Shown here in pieces: positions 31,913 to 42,060 of a DNA stretch of 64,000 nt. How positions within the stretch are numbered: the first letter of the stretch is position 1; each line of letters opens with the position of its first letter. The position numbers and the translations under genes are program-made. The DNA lies in contig CAVPLT010000004.1 of the NCBI GenBank assembly GCA_963706325.1, positions 384,001 through 448,000 on the forward strand. Direction: 5' to 3'. The stretch comes from an uncultured Nitrospiraceae bacterium (GTDB taxonomy: Bacteria > Nitrospirota > Nitrospiria > Nitrospirales > Nitrospiraceae). A model generated the notes under the pieces. That model worked only from the letters and a program-made list of their open reading frames with translations, did not search any database and was not told where the DNA came from.

Positions 31913-33433
31913 TTAGATCTCCCCATGCCCTTTCGTCACCAGCGGTCTGAACTGTCGGGTCGTCGGCTCGGCACAACAGAACCAGGATTCGGTCAAGCGA
32001 GGCGGCTTCTGACGGTCAGGCTGGCGCGTGATGGTCCGGGTCGATGAGCGCGGGGGACGGCCAGCCATCTCGTCGGCAACCGCCCTGATACGATTAAAGA
32101 TCAAGACGGCATCGTCTTCTTCCTTGTCGCCGGCTTCGACGATGGCGTTTACGGCCTGCTGTAGTCGGTCCATCCGCTCATCCGGGTGTGTCCATAGATA
32201 CTGGAATCCCGCCTGATCCAACGGCCCGAGAAACCGCTGTACGTCGGACTTCGCGAGCAGCGCCGATCCAGGCGGAATCAACAGGCGAATACTCAATTGG
32301 ACAGGGTCGGTCGCATCGATCAAGTCGTGCAGGTCCAGCATATCTAACATATGAAGATAATCGTCCAAACTGGTCCAGGGGGTGAAGGCCACCAGTGAGG
32401 GGCGCAATGAGAGGTCGGCCTCGCGTAGAAAGCCGAGCGTCGTGGTGATGTCAGCCCCTGTATGCCCCTTGTGGAGTGTCTCCAACACATGGTCACTGAA
32501 TGACTCCACTGCGGAGATGACGAACAGGCATCCTTGCGCGGCAAGTTCCGGTATGAGGGATCGGCGCTTTAGCAGGTGCTCGATCTTGGCGGTGACATCG
32601 AAGGTCAGGCGGGGAAACTCCGCATGCATGGCGCGAACGATGCTCATGGAGTGCCCAGGACCGTTCAGAAAATCCGGGTCGCCGAAGGTGATGTGTGTGG
32701 CGCCCGATCGCACCTGGCGTCGAATGTCTTCCAGGACGACGGGCTCCGGGACGAGGACGAAGCGCCCGTCATAGACCGGCACGATTGGGCAGTGGAGACA
32801 ATGGTGGAGGCATCCGCGACTGGCCTCGACATAGCCGACCAACCGTTCCGTGCCGTTGTGCGCGAGTTGCGCATATTGGTCTAACATCGGCAATCCACTG
32901 CGACTCGGAATCGGCGGTGGGGTGCTCGAGGTCGTTGCCGTGTAGACACGTTGCAATGAGGGAGCGGTGATCCGCTGTTGTGAACTGACCCCATTGAGAT
33001 GGTTGATCGTCTGTTCACAATCGAGGGCCTCAATCAGCGAGACCAACGGCAGATCGTACTCGCCGCCCACGACAGAATCGGCGAGGTGCTGGAGCAGGTA
33101 TTCCCCATTGATGGAAGCGTACAGCCCATAAAAACAGATATGGCAGGGCGGATTGATCCTGCGGATCAGCTCGGCGACCCGCACCCCAAGCCGGAGCGCC
33201 GTGTGCATGGGCACCGAGATGCCGACAAACCGCGCCAACCGAAAGGCTGACTCGTCGATGCTGTCCACGGCGATATCGAGGCCGACCGGCGCAAATCCGG
33301 CTTGTTCGAGAAATCCGATCGGCTGGGCGATGCCAAGGGGTTGATGACCCAGCTCGTAGCAGGAGACGAGCATGATCGCGCCCGGTTGTCTCAGCAACCG
33401 CCGTTCTGCTGCGCTGTCCGCGATTCGTCCCAT
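31913..33433 (-). CDS. CUAEP/CCAEP-tail radical SAM protein
   Basis: N-terminal SCYELGHQP, EASRGCLHHCLHC (CxxxCxxC), FGDPDFLNGP, C-terminal ESWFCCAEP; start approximate. Confidence 0.88.
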   Translation of the reverse strand: MGRIADSAAERRLLRQPGAIMLVSCYELGHQPLGIAQPIGFLEQAGFAPVGLDIAVDSIDESAFRLARFVGISVPMHTALRLGVRVAELIRRINPPCHICFYGLYASINGEYLLQHLADSVVGGEYDLPLVSLIEALDCEQTINHLNGVSSQQRITAPSLQRVYTATTSSTPPPIPSRSGLPMLDQYAQLAHNGTERLVGYVEASRGCLHHCLHCPIVPVYDGRFVLVPEPVVLEDIRRQVRSGATHITFGDPDFLNGPGHSMSIVRAMHAEFPRLTFDVTAKIEHLLKRRSLIPELAAQGCLFVISAVESFSDHVLETLHKGHTGADITTTLGFLREADLSLRPSLVAFTPWTSLDDYLHMLDMLDLHDLIDATDPVQLSIRLLIPPGSALLAKSDVQRFLGPLDQAGFQYLWTHPDERMDRLQQAVNAIVEAGDKEEDDAVLIFNRIRAVADEMAGRPPRSSTRTITRQPDRQKPPRLTESWFCCAEPTTRQFRPLVTKGHGEI

Positions 33434-33616
33434 CGCACGATTCTCCCACTCAAGCCACGGCCACTCTAACTCACCCCCGAGAGTAGGCGCAATGTTTCGC
33501 AAGCAGGCGCTGGTTGAATCAGGTCGTTCCTTCTTCCATAATGGAGACCCCGATAGAAGCAGACGATTTCTCCCTTCCTCTTCCGACGGCCGTTGCGCAT
33601 CTCCTGTGGAGGACAT

Positions 33617-34303
33617 ATGAAGATTCTCCCTCTCGTCACCATCGTCATGGCGGCCGTTCTCAGTCTGAGCGTTCCCGGTTGCGCAAGTGGACCACGTGAG
33701 AAGAAGATCGAGTTTGTGTATCTCGCGCTTGGTGCCAGTGACGCAACGGGGGTAGGCGCCACGCCGCTGACTGAGGGGTACGTGTTTCTCGTCAAGCGGG
33801 AACTGGATCGGCGGATGCCCGGAGTGTTTTTGATCAATCTGGGTGTGCCGGGGGCGCGCATTGATCTCATCAAGGAACAGGTGCGCGTCGCGAAGCGCCT
33901 TGGCACCAAGGCGAATCTTGTCACGATCTGGACAGGGGCAAACGATCTCGTGCACGGCGATGACCCGAAGACATTTCGGCAGGATCTACGGTTCATTCTT
34001 CAGACGCTTCGGGAAGATGTCTCGCCAAACATCGTGATCGGTAATCTTCCCGATCTCACGCGGCTTCCTCGTTTTCAACGGGTCTCTGATCCACGCGTGA
34101 CTGTGGCCAGGGTCAATGCGTACAACGAAGCCATCGCGCAGGAAGCGCGCGACGTGAAGGCGTCAGTCGTCGACTTGTTCGCGCAACCGGTTCGCGAGGA
34201 ACTCATCTTTGACGTGGATGGTTTTCATCCGAATGACGCCGGCCATCGAGAAATCGCTCGGCTGTTTGTGCAGGCGATTTTCACGAAGCTGGGCGTGAAA
34301 TAG
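33617..34303 (+). CDS. SGNH/GDSL hydrolase lipoprotein
   Basis: Lipobox, ALGAS, NLGVPG, GAND, DGFHPN. Confidence 0.9.
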   Translation: MKILPLVTIVMAAVLSLSVPGCASGPREKKIEFVYLALGASDATGVGATPLTEGYVFLVKRELDRRMPGVFLINLGVPGARIDLIKEQVRVAKRLGTKANLVTIWTGANDLVHGDDPKTFRQDLRFILQTLREDVSPNIVIGNLPDLTRLPRFQRVSDPRVTVARVNAYNEAIAQEARDVKASVVDLFAQPVREELIFDVDGFHPNDAGHREIARLFVQAIFTKLGVK

Positions 34304-34310
34304 AGCGGGC

Positions 34311-34625
34311 ATGGAACACACAGGGTATAAAACGCTGGCAGAAGCTATTGAGGGACTGCGGCAAAATGGTTTTACGGCAAACTTTGAACTACTCGACAAG
34401 AAGTTCCGCGCCGTCGATAGCGGGGAGACATTCACGGCTGATCAACTCACGATCGTTGAGCATCACCGGTTTGAAGGAGCCAGTGATCCGGATGACATGG
34501 CTGTGTTGTATGCCATCGAGGCCTCGGACGGCACTCGCGGAACCATTGCCGATGCGTTCGGTCCTCAAGCGAATCCTGACCTCGGCGCGTTCCTCAAAAA
34601 TGTAACGATGCATGAGAGCCTCTAG
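34311..34625 (+). CDS. Conserved small hypothetical protein
   Basis: TL.EAI..L...GF, RFEG.SDPDD..VLYAI, GT..DAFG pattern. Confidence 0.8.
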   Translation: MEHTGYKTLAEAIEGLRQNGFTANFELLDKKFRAVDSGETFTADQLTIVEHHRFEGASDPDDMAVLYAIEASDGTRGTIADAFGPQANPDLGAFLKNVTMHESL

Positions 34626-34675
34626 CGCTGCTCACTCGGCCAGCCTTTTCTCCCATAAGTCTCGGTGACTGCGCG

Positions 34676-36571
34676 TCAAATCTCCAGTACCAGACCGATC
34701 TCTACAACCTGCTCTGCCGGCAGATGGAAATAGGAACTGGCTCGCTGGGTATTCCGTGACAGAACCACGAACAGTTTTTCTCTCCAGATCGCCATCCCTG
34801 GTTTCGGTGTCGCCAAGAAGGTGATCCTGCTCAGAAAGAACGTCGTGTCCTCGACGGGGAGGACGTGGCCGTGCGCCGCGAGCTGGGTGAGGACGCGCGG
34901 GATATCCGGTCTTTCCATGAACCCGCATCGGGCCACCACCTGAACCAGATTCTCTTGAATGACGGTAATGTCCAACAGTCCTCCTGACGGAACGAATGGC
35001 ACGTGCTCAGTCCGGACCGTGAGCAGATAGACCTGTTCGTGGAGTGATTTGTTGTGCCTGACGTTTTGCAGCAGGGCCGGGGGTGTGACATCCGGATACT
35101 GAGATAAAAAGACGGCGCGCCCGGCCGTTCGGCACTGAACCTTCGACAACACCTCATCGACGAATTGGCGTAGCGGAGGAAATTGCGCCCGAAGATGATC
35201 TGCCACGATAGCCCGACCTCGCGCCCAGGTGCTCATGACGGTAAAAATGGCCGCGCCAAGGAGCAGCGGGAACCATCCACCATGCGGAATCTTTTGAGCA
35301 TTCGCGAGAAAGAAGGCGAGATCGATGAGTAAGAAACCCCCGACCGCCAGAGCTGCCAGCGGCGCACTCCATTGCCAGTAAGTGTGGGCTACGCGATACA
35401 TGAGCAGCGTGGTGATGATCATGGAGCCCGAAACCGCGATGCCATAGGCTGCGGCGAGATTGCTGGATGAGCCGAATGAAAGAATCAAGCCCACGGTCCC
35501 GACGAACATCAACCAGTTCACGACCCCAAAGTAGATCTGGCCATGTTGCTCGGCGGACGTGTGGGTAATCCGAAGCGGCGGCAGATAACCGAGTTGCACG
35601 GCCTGCAATGTGAGCGAGAAGGCGCCGGACAGCATGGCCTGTGATGCGATCACGGTGGCGATGGTGGCCAGCGCGATCAGGGGATACAGCATCCAAGCCG
35701 GCGCCAGGTGATAAAACGGATTGGCGAGGGCCGCCGGGTCTCGCATCAGAAGTGCGCCCTGCCCGAAATATTGGAGCAGCAGCGCCGGCAACGCGACTGC
35801 AAACCAGCCCAGCTGGATTGGTCGACGGCCGAAATGGCCCATGTCGGCATAGAGCGCCTCGGCTCCCGTGAGCACAAGGAAGACACCGCCCATCACCAGA
35901 AAACCGATTCCCGAATGACGAATTAGGAATCGGATCCCATACAGCGGGTTGGCGGCGAGCAACACGTCGGGGGTCTGAATCAAACTGTAAAGCCCGAGCA
36001 GGGCCATCGCGGCAAACCAAACGACCATGATGGGGCCGAAGATACTTCCAATTTGTCCGGATCCCCGGCGCTGAATCGTGAACAGCAGTGCGACGAAGGC
36101 GACCGTAATGGGGAGGATGTAGGGATTGAAGAGATCCGTGGCCAACGTCAATCCCTCGACGGCGCTGAGCACGGAAATGGCCGGCGTGATAATGCCATCG
36201 CTGTAGAGAAAGGCCACGCCGATTAATCCGAAGGTCGCGACCAAGCTGAGGCCTTTGCGAAGGCTTACCGGGTGGGATCGCTGACTCAGCGCCATGAGCG
36301 CCAGCATGCCGCCTTCACCGTCGTTGTCGGCTTTCATCACAAACAAAAGGTATTTGATCGTGACGACAAGCACCAACGACCAGACAATCAGGGAGAGGAT
36401 GCCCAAGACGTTATCGGGGGTGACCGTCAACCCATGCGACTCGTGGAAACATTCCCGCAGCGCATACAGGGGGCTGGTTCCGATGTCGCCATACACCACT
36501 CCCATGGCGGCGACGGCAAGTGAGATGGGTGGGGAGGACTCATTGGTGTGCTTCGGCATGTGCTTTTTCAC
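34676..36571 (-). CDS. kup: Potassium transporter Kup
   Basis: GVVYGDIGTSPLY, GEGG, TGAEALYADMGHF, AAAYGIAV. Confidence 0.97.
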   Translation of the reverse strand: MKKHMPKHTNESSPPISLAVAAMGVVYGDIGTSPLYALRECFHESHGLTVTPDNVLGILSLIVWSLVLVVTIKYLLFVMKADNDGEGGMLALMALSQRSHPVSLRKGLSLVATFGLIGVAFLYSDGIITPAISVLSAVEGLTLATDLFNPYILPITVAFVALLFTIQRRGSGQIGSIFGPIMVVWFAAMALLGLYSLIQTPDVLLAANPLYGIRFLIRHSGIGFLVMGGVFLVLTGAEALYADMGHFGRRPIQLGWFAVALPALLLQYFGQGALLMRDPAALANPFYHLAPAWMLYPLIALATIATVIASQAMLSGAFSLTLQAVQLGYLPPLRITHTSAEQHGQIYFGVVNWLMFVGTVGLILSFGSSSNLAAAYGIAVSGSMIITTLLMYRVAHTYWQWSAPLAALAVGGFLLIDLAFFLANAQKIPHGGWFPLLLGAAIFTVMSTWARGRAIVADHLRAQFPPLRQFVDEVLSKVQCRTAGRAVFLSQYPDVTPPALLQNVRHNKSLHEQVYLLTVRTEHVPFVPSGGLLDITVIQENLVQVVARCGFMERPDIPRVLTQLAAHGHVLPVEDTTFFLSRITFLATPKPGMAIWREKLFVVLSRNTQRASSYFHLPAEQVVEIGLVLEI

Positions 36572-36641
36572 ACCTACGGAGAGGGCCAGAGTAAGTGTTC
36601 CGGGACGCCTGCCGGGAATACGAGCAAGTCATTCAGGCGAA

Positions 36642-37754
36642 TCACTTGATGAGAAGGTCGCTCGGCTGGTCCTGAAATTCATCCTGATAAATACGAAACG
36701 TTTCTAACAGGACGGCCAGAATAATGGGACCTAGGAATAGACCGAGTAATCCGAACGAGGCCAGTCCACCCAGGGAGGCAAAGAACAGAAACAGCATCGG
36801 AAGCTGCGCCTTATTGCCGATGAGAAACGGTTGTAAGAGATTGTCCAGGAGCCCCACCAGTCCTGCGCCGATACCGATCATGATACAGCCCTTGAGGATC
36901 GAACCCGTCACGAACAGATAGATGGAGACGGGAATCCAAACCAGCGACGTGCCTCCGAACGGCAGCAGCGACAAGACAGCAGACAAGGCGCCCAGAAAAA
37001 TGGAGAAACGAACTCCGAGGAGCCAGTAACTTAGTCCGGCGGTCACACCTTGAGCGAGCGCCGTCAGCAATGTTCCCTGCATCACAGCACTGATGGTGCC
37101 GTCCAATCGTTCGAAAAGTTTTGTTTTATGTTGGGATTCCAGCGGAATGGCGGCATAAAAACTTTTGTAATAACGGTCACCGTCTCGAAAGAGGAAGAAA
37201 AGCGTGAAGACCATGACCAAAAAATCAGTCACAAACAGAAAGGCATTTTTGGCGAGGTCGGCGCCTTGTGCCAGGAGAAATGAGCTGACCACTTTCCCCC
37301 CTTCAATGACGGACGACTCAAGTTGTCCGCTGTTCGCCAAAATGAGGCGACCAAAGATATCTTGGCTGAACCGCCCGACGACCGGCAGTTGTGAGATGGC
37401 CACTCCCATTTCGTGCAATCGTCCGGCTCGAAACCATTGAACGACCGTGTCATAGGCCTGAGCGGCCTCGTTGATGCCCAGAAAAATCAAATAGACGGCC
37501 GGCAGCACCGCCATGGCCATGACCATGACCGTCATGATCGCTGCCGAGAGTTGCGGCCGACGATTGAGCCGGGTGAGAAGTTTTCGGTAGAGCGGATAAA
37601 ATGTTGTGGCCAGAATGAGCGCCCACATGATCGGGTAAAAAAACGGGCTGAGAATGACACCCAGCTGCCAGATGAGCAATAGCAGGATACAGAAAAACGT
37701 AAATGAAAATATTTGTTTGCGCGTCACGAATCCACCCGTGTGAAAGGCCTCCAT
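36642..37754 (-). CDS. AI-2E family transporter
   Basis: Multi-TM; FFLFRDG, LLPFGG..VWIP, DN.L.P, GLLGLFLGP. Confidence 0.9.
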   Translation of the reverse strand: MEAFHTGGFVTRKQIFSFTFFCILLLLIWQLGVILSPFFYPIMWALILATTFYPLYRKLLTRLNRRPQLSAAIMTVMVMAMAVLPAVYLIFLGINEAAQAYDTVVQWFRAGRLHEMGVAISQLPVVGRFSQDIFGRLILANSGQLESSVIEGGKVVSSFLLAQGADLAKNAFLFVTDFLVMVFTLFFLFRDGDRYYKSFYAAIPLESQHKTKLFERLDGTISAVMQGTLLTALAQGVTAGLSYWLLGVRFSIFLGALSAVLSLLPFGGTSLVWIPVSIYLFVTGSILKGCIMIGIGAGLVGLLDNLLQPFLIGNKAQLPMLFLFFASLGGLASFGLLGLFLGPIILAVLLETFRIYQDEFQDQPSDLLIK

Positions 37755-38031
37755 GGAGCAGCGCGATAAGCGCGTTTCTTTCCTATTCCAGGTGGCACTA
37801 TAGCATTTCCTGGATATGTAGGCGGATTCCGTTTTCCCTAGGTGGACTCTAAGCTGCCGCAGCCCTCTTGGGCCTGGAAGTTACCGCCCTCTTCTGCTAG
37901 ATTCCCGGACGGCCGGTGCGAACTTGCCATCGCATAGGCCAAATCTTTCGCCGTTACCTGATAAGAAAGCCTTTTGAGACCGGTGGATCGCCAACGGTCA
38001 CGCGTCGCTTTCGGAAAGCCTGACACAATAC

Positions 38032-40431
38032 ATGACTGCTTCAGCGACCCAGACCCTCTCAGCCTCCGCGCAGGCGACGATTGTGAACCTTATTGCCAAG
38101 GAACTCGGAGTCATGCCTCCGCAAGTGTCGGCGGCGGTGACATTGTTGGACGGTGGGGCCACGGTACCCTTCATTGCGCGGTATCGCAAAGAAGCCACCA
38201 ACAATCTCGACGATACCCATTTGCGTAACTTGGAAGAACGGCTGCTCTATCTGCGGGAACTGGAAGAGCGGCGCATGGTGATCCTGGCGTCGATTGAGGA
38301 GCAGGGCAAATTGACGGATGAGCTCCGGCGCGCCATCGGGCAAGCAGCCACTAAGCAGAGCGTGGAAGACATCTATTTGCCGTTCAAACCCAAGCGTCGT
38401 ACGAAGGCGCAGATCGCGCGAGAGGCGGGACTCGAACCGTTGGCCGACGCGCTCTTTGCCGATCCGACGCTCGATCCTGAGCAGGAAGCGGCCAAGTATG
38501 TGAGGGTGGCGCCGGCAGCCGAAGGGGTGGAGGCCATCAACGTTCCTGACGCGAAAGCCGCGCTTGAAGGAGCCCGCGATATTTTGGTGGAGCGATTTGC
38601 TGAAACGGCCGAATTGCTGGCCGTCCTGCGCGCGAAGCTGTGGAATGAAGGGATTGTGACTTGCACGGTCATGCCCGGTAAGGAAACGGCGGAAGAAGAG
38701 AAATTTCGCGATTATTATGCCTACTCAGAGACCATCCGTACGATTCCCTCCCATCGCGCCCTGGCGATGTTCCGCGGCCGCACGTTGGGGGTGCTGAAGA
38801 TCGATCTCGGCTTGGGCGAAAGCCTTGAAGCCGTCATGCCGCATCCCTGCGCCGGCATGATTGCGGCTCATTTTGGGATCGAGAACCGCGGCCGCCGCGC
38901 CGACAAATGGCTCACCGACCTTTGCTACTGGACCTGGCGGGTGAAGATGCAGGTGCATCTCAGCACCGAATTGCTGTTGCAGGTGCGTGAAGCGGCGGAA
39001 GCCGAAGCGATCAAAATTTTCGGGCGCAATCTCCATGAGTTGCTGCTGGCCGCACCCGCCGGCCCCAAAGCCGTGCTCGGACTGGATCCCGGTCTGCGTA
39101 CCGGCTGCAAAGTCGCGGTCGTGGATTCCACCGGGAAGCTGCTGGAGACCGCGACGATCTATCCGCATCAACCGCGTAACGACTGGCAAGGCTCGCTGTC
39201 GACGATCACGCAGTTAGTGGTTCGTCATGGGGTTCAACTGATCTCGATCGGCAATGGAACGGCCAGCCGTGAAACCGATAAGTTCGCAGTCGAGGTGATC
39301 AAGCTGGTGGCGGACAAGAAGCCGGAGCAGAAAGTGGCGAAGATCGTGGTGAGCGAAGCCGGCGCCTCCGTCTATTCGGCTTCGGCCTTTGCTGCGGCGG
39401 AGTTTCCAGCCTTGGACGTGAGCCTCCGCGGCGCCGTGTCGATCGCCAGGCGGCTGCAAGATCCGTTGGCCGAGTTGGTCAAGATCGATCCTAAATCGAT
39501 CGGCGTTGGTCAATATCAACACGATGTTAATCAACGTGCCCTGGCGCGATCGCTCGATGCCACCGTCGAAGACTGTGTGAATGCCGTGGGTGTCGACGTG
39601 AATACGGCCTCGTCCCCGCTCCTGGCCCGTGTGTCAGGCTTGAACCGCGTGTTGGCGCAAAACATCGTGGATTATCGCGATGCCCACGGCCCCTTCGTGA
39701 ATCGAGTCACGATTCGCAAGGTGCCGCGCTTGGGGGAAAAAACATTCGAGCAGGCGGCGGGTTTTCTGCGGATCAACGACGGCGACAATCCGTTGGATCG
39801 CTCTGCCGTTCACCCGGAAGCCTATCCGGTCGTGGAGCGGATTCTTACGCGGCTCGATAAAGGAATCGGTGAGGTGATGGGCCGCCCGGCGATGTTGAGA
39901 GGGCTCTCGCCAGCCGAATTCACTACTGAGACATTTGGACTGCCCACCGTGCGCGACATTCTTACGGAGTTGGAGAAACCCGGGCGCGATCCGCGGCCCG
40001 AATTCAAGACGGCGACCTTCCGGGATGGCGTGGAGTCGCTGACCGATTTACAGCCCGGCATGGTGCTCGAAGGCGTGGTTACCAATGTCGCGGCGTTCGG
40101 GGCGTTCGTGGATATCGGGGTACATCAGGACGGCCTGGTGCACGTGTCCGCGTTGGCGCACACCTTCGTCAAGGATCCCCACGAGGTCGTGAAGGCCGGC
40201 CAGATCGTTAAGGTCAAGGTGTTAACGGTCGATGTTCCGCGCCAGAGGATCTCTTTGACGATGCGCATCGACGACGCGCCGGTTGCGGCTTCGCCCTCAG
40301 AGCCTCGCGCCGGAGGTATGCGTGAGGCACGCGAGCGGCGTCCTTCCAATCAGCCGCTGGTGCACGTTCGGGAGCCGCAGCCCACTGGCGCGTTCGCATT
40401 AGCGCTGGCACGTGCAAAGCAGAAAAAGTAA
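38032..40431 (+). CDS. tex: Tex-family RNA-binding transcription accessory protein
   Basis: [34 protein letters not shown]-terminal S1 domain. Confidence 0.97.
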   Translation: MTASATQTLSASAQATIVNLIAKELGVMPPQVSAAVTLLDGGATVPFIARYRKEATNNLDDTHLRNLEERLLYLRELEERRMVILASIEEQGKLTDELRRAIGQAATKQSVEDIYLPFKPKRRTKAQIAREAGLEPLADALFADPTLDPEQEAAKYVRVAPAAEGVEAINVPDAKAALEGARDILVERFAETAELLAVLRAKLWNEGIVTCTVMPGKETAEEEKFRDYYAYSETIRTIPSHRALAMFRGRTLGVLKIDLGLGESLEAVMPHPCAGMIAAHFGIENRGRRADKWLTDLCYWTWRVKMQVHLSTELLLQVREAAEAEAIKIFGRNLHELLLAAPAGPKAVLGLDPGLRTGCKVAVVDSTGKLLETATIYPHQPRNDWQGSLSTITQLVVRHGVQLISIGNGTASRETDKFAVEVIKLVADKKPEQKVAKIVVSEAGASVYSASAFAAAEFPALDVSLRGAVSIARRLQDPLAELVKIDPKSIGVGQYQHDVNQRALARSLDATVEDCVNAVGVDVNTASSPLLARVSGLNRVLAQNIVDYRDAHGPFVNRVTIRKVPRLGEKTFEQAAGFLRINDGDNPLDRSAVHPEAYPVVERILTRLDKGIGEVMGRPAMLRGLSPAEFTTETFGLPTVRDILTELEKPGRDPRPEFKTATFRDGVESLTDLQPGMVLEGVVTNVAAFGAFVDIGVHQDGLVHVSALAHTFVKDPHEVVKAGQIVKVKVLTVDVPRQRISLTMRIDDAPVAASPSEPRAGGMREARERRPSNQPLVHVREPQPTGAFALALARAKQKK

Positions 40432-40505
40432 GCGTCAGGCAGCTGGCAACATTCGTGCGCGACGACGAGCCTGCGGAAAAGGAAGGCGGATGGTGCAGCA
40501 TCCAG

Positions 40506-41108
40506 CTACGGTCTGACCTTGAAGAAATTCCCGCCTTTGAGCCGCTCGTCATCAGTACCCCATGAAATCTGCTTATCCAGCCGCGTGAGGAGCGGCACGT
40601 GTTTGGAGCAGTGGATGTACGCCTCTTCGACGGTGATGAGGATCCAGGCTTCAGCGCGGCGGCCACCCTTCATCTGAGCGGCCTCGGTCATGCCGGGCGG
40701 AGGGTTCGACAGGTTGACCGCCTCACTCGGATCCAGCACGCGGGCGCGCCCATTCACATGTAGTCCTACGGTCGTCTGATAGTAGTCGATAAACATCATG
40801 CCGATGTGCGGGTTTTCCAGGATATTCCCCACGCTGGCTAGCACGCCGTTGCCTCGATATTCCGGATAGGCAAGCGTGGTGTCATCCAGCACCTGCACGA
40901 ACCCAGGCGGGCCGGCTCGAAAGGAACTGTCACAGTTGCCGTGGGCATCGGCCGTCGCGATGAATGCCATTTCCATCCGTGCGATAAACTCCTGCATCGA
41001 GTGGTTCAGACGTGACAGCACCTGATTTGAATAAAACGCTGTCGCGCGACCGGACGTGCCGAATCGTTCCTGTGCCCGCTGTACGCCCAATAATCCAGGC
41101 CACGTCAT
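40506..41108 (-). CDS. Pyridoxamine 5'-phosphate oxidase-like FMN-binding protein
   Basis: FIATAD..G.CD.SFR.GPPGFV, PEYRGNG, NPHIG, EAYIHC.K. Confidence 0.88.
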   Translation of the reverse strand: MTWPGLLGVQRAQERFGTSGRATAFYSNQVLSRLNHSMQEFIARMEMAFIATADAHGNCDSSFRAGPPGFVQVLDDTTLAYPEYRGNGVLASVGNILENPHIGMMFIDYYQTTVGLHVNGRARVLDPSEAVNLSNPPPGMTEAAQMKGGRRAEAWILITVEEAYIHCSKHVPLLTRLDKQISWGTDDERLKGGNFFKVRP

Positions 41109-41290
41109 ATCATTCGCTCCTTCACGATCATGACAGGGTATTACAATGCCGTGGTGATTGTCTCGCACCCGAGGTCACGCTGTCGATGGCTGGACCATGA
41201 GATCGGCGCGAGGCAGTATCCCCTCCAGTCTGCATCCAGCGTGAGCAGAGCCTAGAGAGAGTGGGGGCGGGGCGGTGTTGTAGGGCTGTC

Positions 41291-41324
41291 CGTGTAGGGA
41301 GCCTTCAGCGAGGCTCCCTGCACG
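41291..41324 (-). terminator. Stem-loop downstream of the 41335-41940 gene
   Basis: CGTGTAGGGAGCCT-tcagcg-AGGCTCCCTGCACG (14-bp stem, one non-Watson-Crick pair). Confidence 0.5.
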
Positions 41325-41334
41325 AAGCAAGCGC

Positions 41335-41940
41335 TTACTTCATCTTCTTGGGATCTTGGTAGATCATAAGGTGAGCGTAGGGACTGCCGTCGAACATGAC
41401 GTAACTGCCTGACGGGTTCGGGGCCGTCGGCAGCTTGGTAGCCGCCGGATCGAACGGCCACATCACCATCCAGTGCGGCGGCTCTTTGACTACTTTCGCA
41501 CCACCCTCCTGCTGCATTACCACTTTGTGATTGTTCTCGAAATGTGACCCGCCACGCGCCATGTACGCAATGCCTGGGATGGTGTTAGACGGCTTTGGCG
41601 CATTGTTCATGATGTCGGTCATCCACTGGTGAGCCGCGCCGTCCATGCAAATGGGGTCCGGATCCGGCAGGTTCATCACTGTGGGGATGCAGGTAAAGCC
41701 GTTCTCGCTTTTCTTCACCTCGGTGAGTTTCCCGTCGGCTCCGAACACCATGACCCCGGCTTCGCCGGCGATGTGTTTCGGCGCCCCGCTGAGGGCCAGC
41801 GTTGTCTGTTCCTTCTCTGACATGGCCTTGACCTCCTTGACGGAGGCGCTTTTCTTCGATGACGCGTCGGCATTGGCTGACAGGCCTAATAGGCTGAACG
41901 GCACAATGATGAGCAGCGAGAGCAGGACGGGGGACATCAT
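41335..41940 (-). CDS. Exported conserved hypothetical protein
   Basis: Signal peptide; ALS.AP, NGFTC, P.C.D, GIAYM..GG, PPHWM, PYAHLMI. Confidence 0.8.
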   Translation of the reverse strand: MMSPVLLSLLIIVPFSLLGLSANADASSKKSASVKEVKAMSEKEQTTLALSGAPKHIAGEAGVMVFGADGKLTEVKKSENGFTCIPTVMNLPDPDPICMDGAAHQWMTDIMNNAPKPSNTIPGIAYMARGGSHFENNHKVVMQQEGGAKVVKEPPHWMVMWPFDPAATKLPTAPNPSGSYVMFDGSPYAHLMIYQDPKKMK

Positions 41941-42060
41941 GATGACCTCCTTGCTGAAGGGTAGATGGGCTGTGTTGAGGTCACTCATGCTAGCGCGTTT
42001 TACATAGGAAAGCTATGCCAGTCGCGGGCGACGAGGAACAAGGTATGGAACAGCGCCGCA

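Noticed and set aside
31699..31926. Possible RiPP precursor or Sec-readthrough ORF (MPGRGG...CRPS-TGA, in frame with DUF169) between the radical SAM and DUF169 genes
   Set aside because: Arg/Ser/Gly composition looks non-coding, no SECIS was recognised, and an in-frame continuation has a one-in-three chance; DUF169 has its own plausible start
33434..33955. N-terminal 174 aa of the 680-aa ORF in the track
   Set aside because: Overlaps the opposite-strand SGNH gene; family-like sequence starts only near 33433
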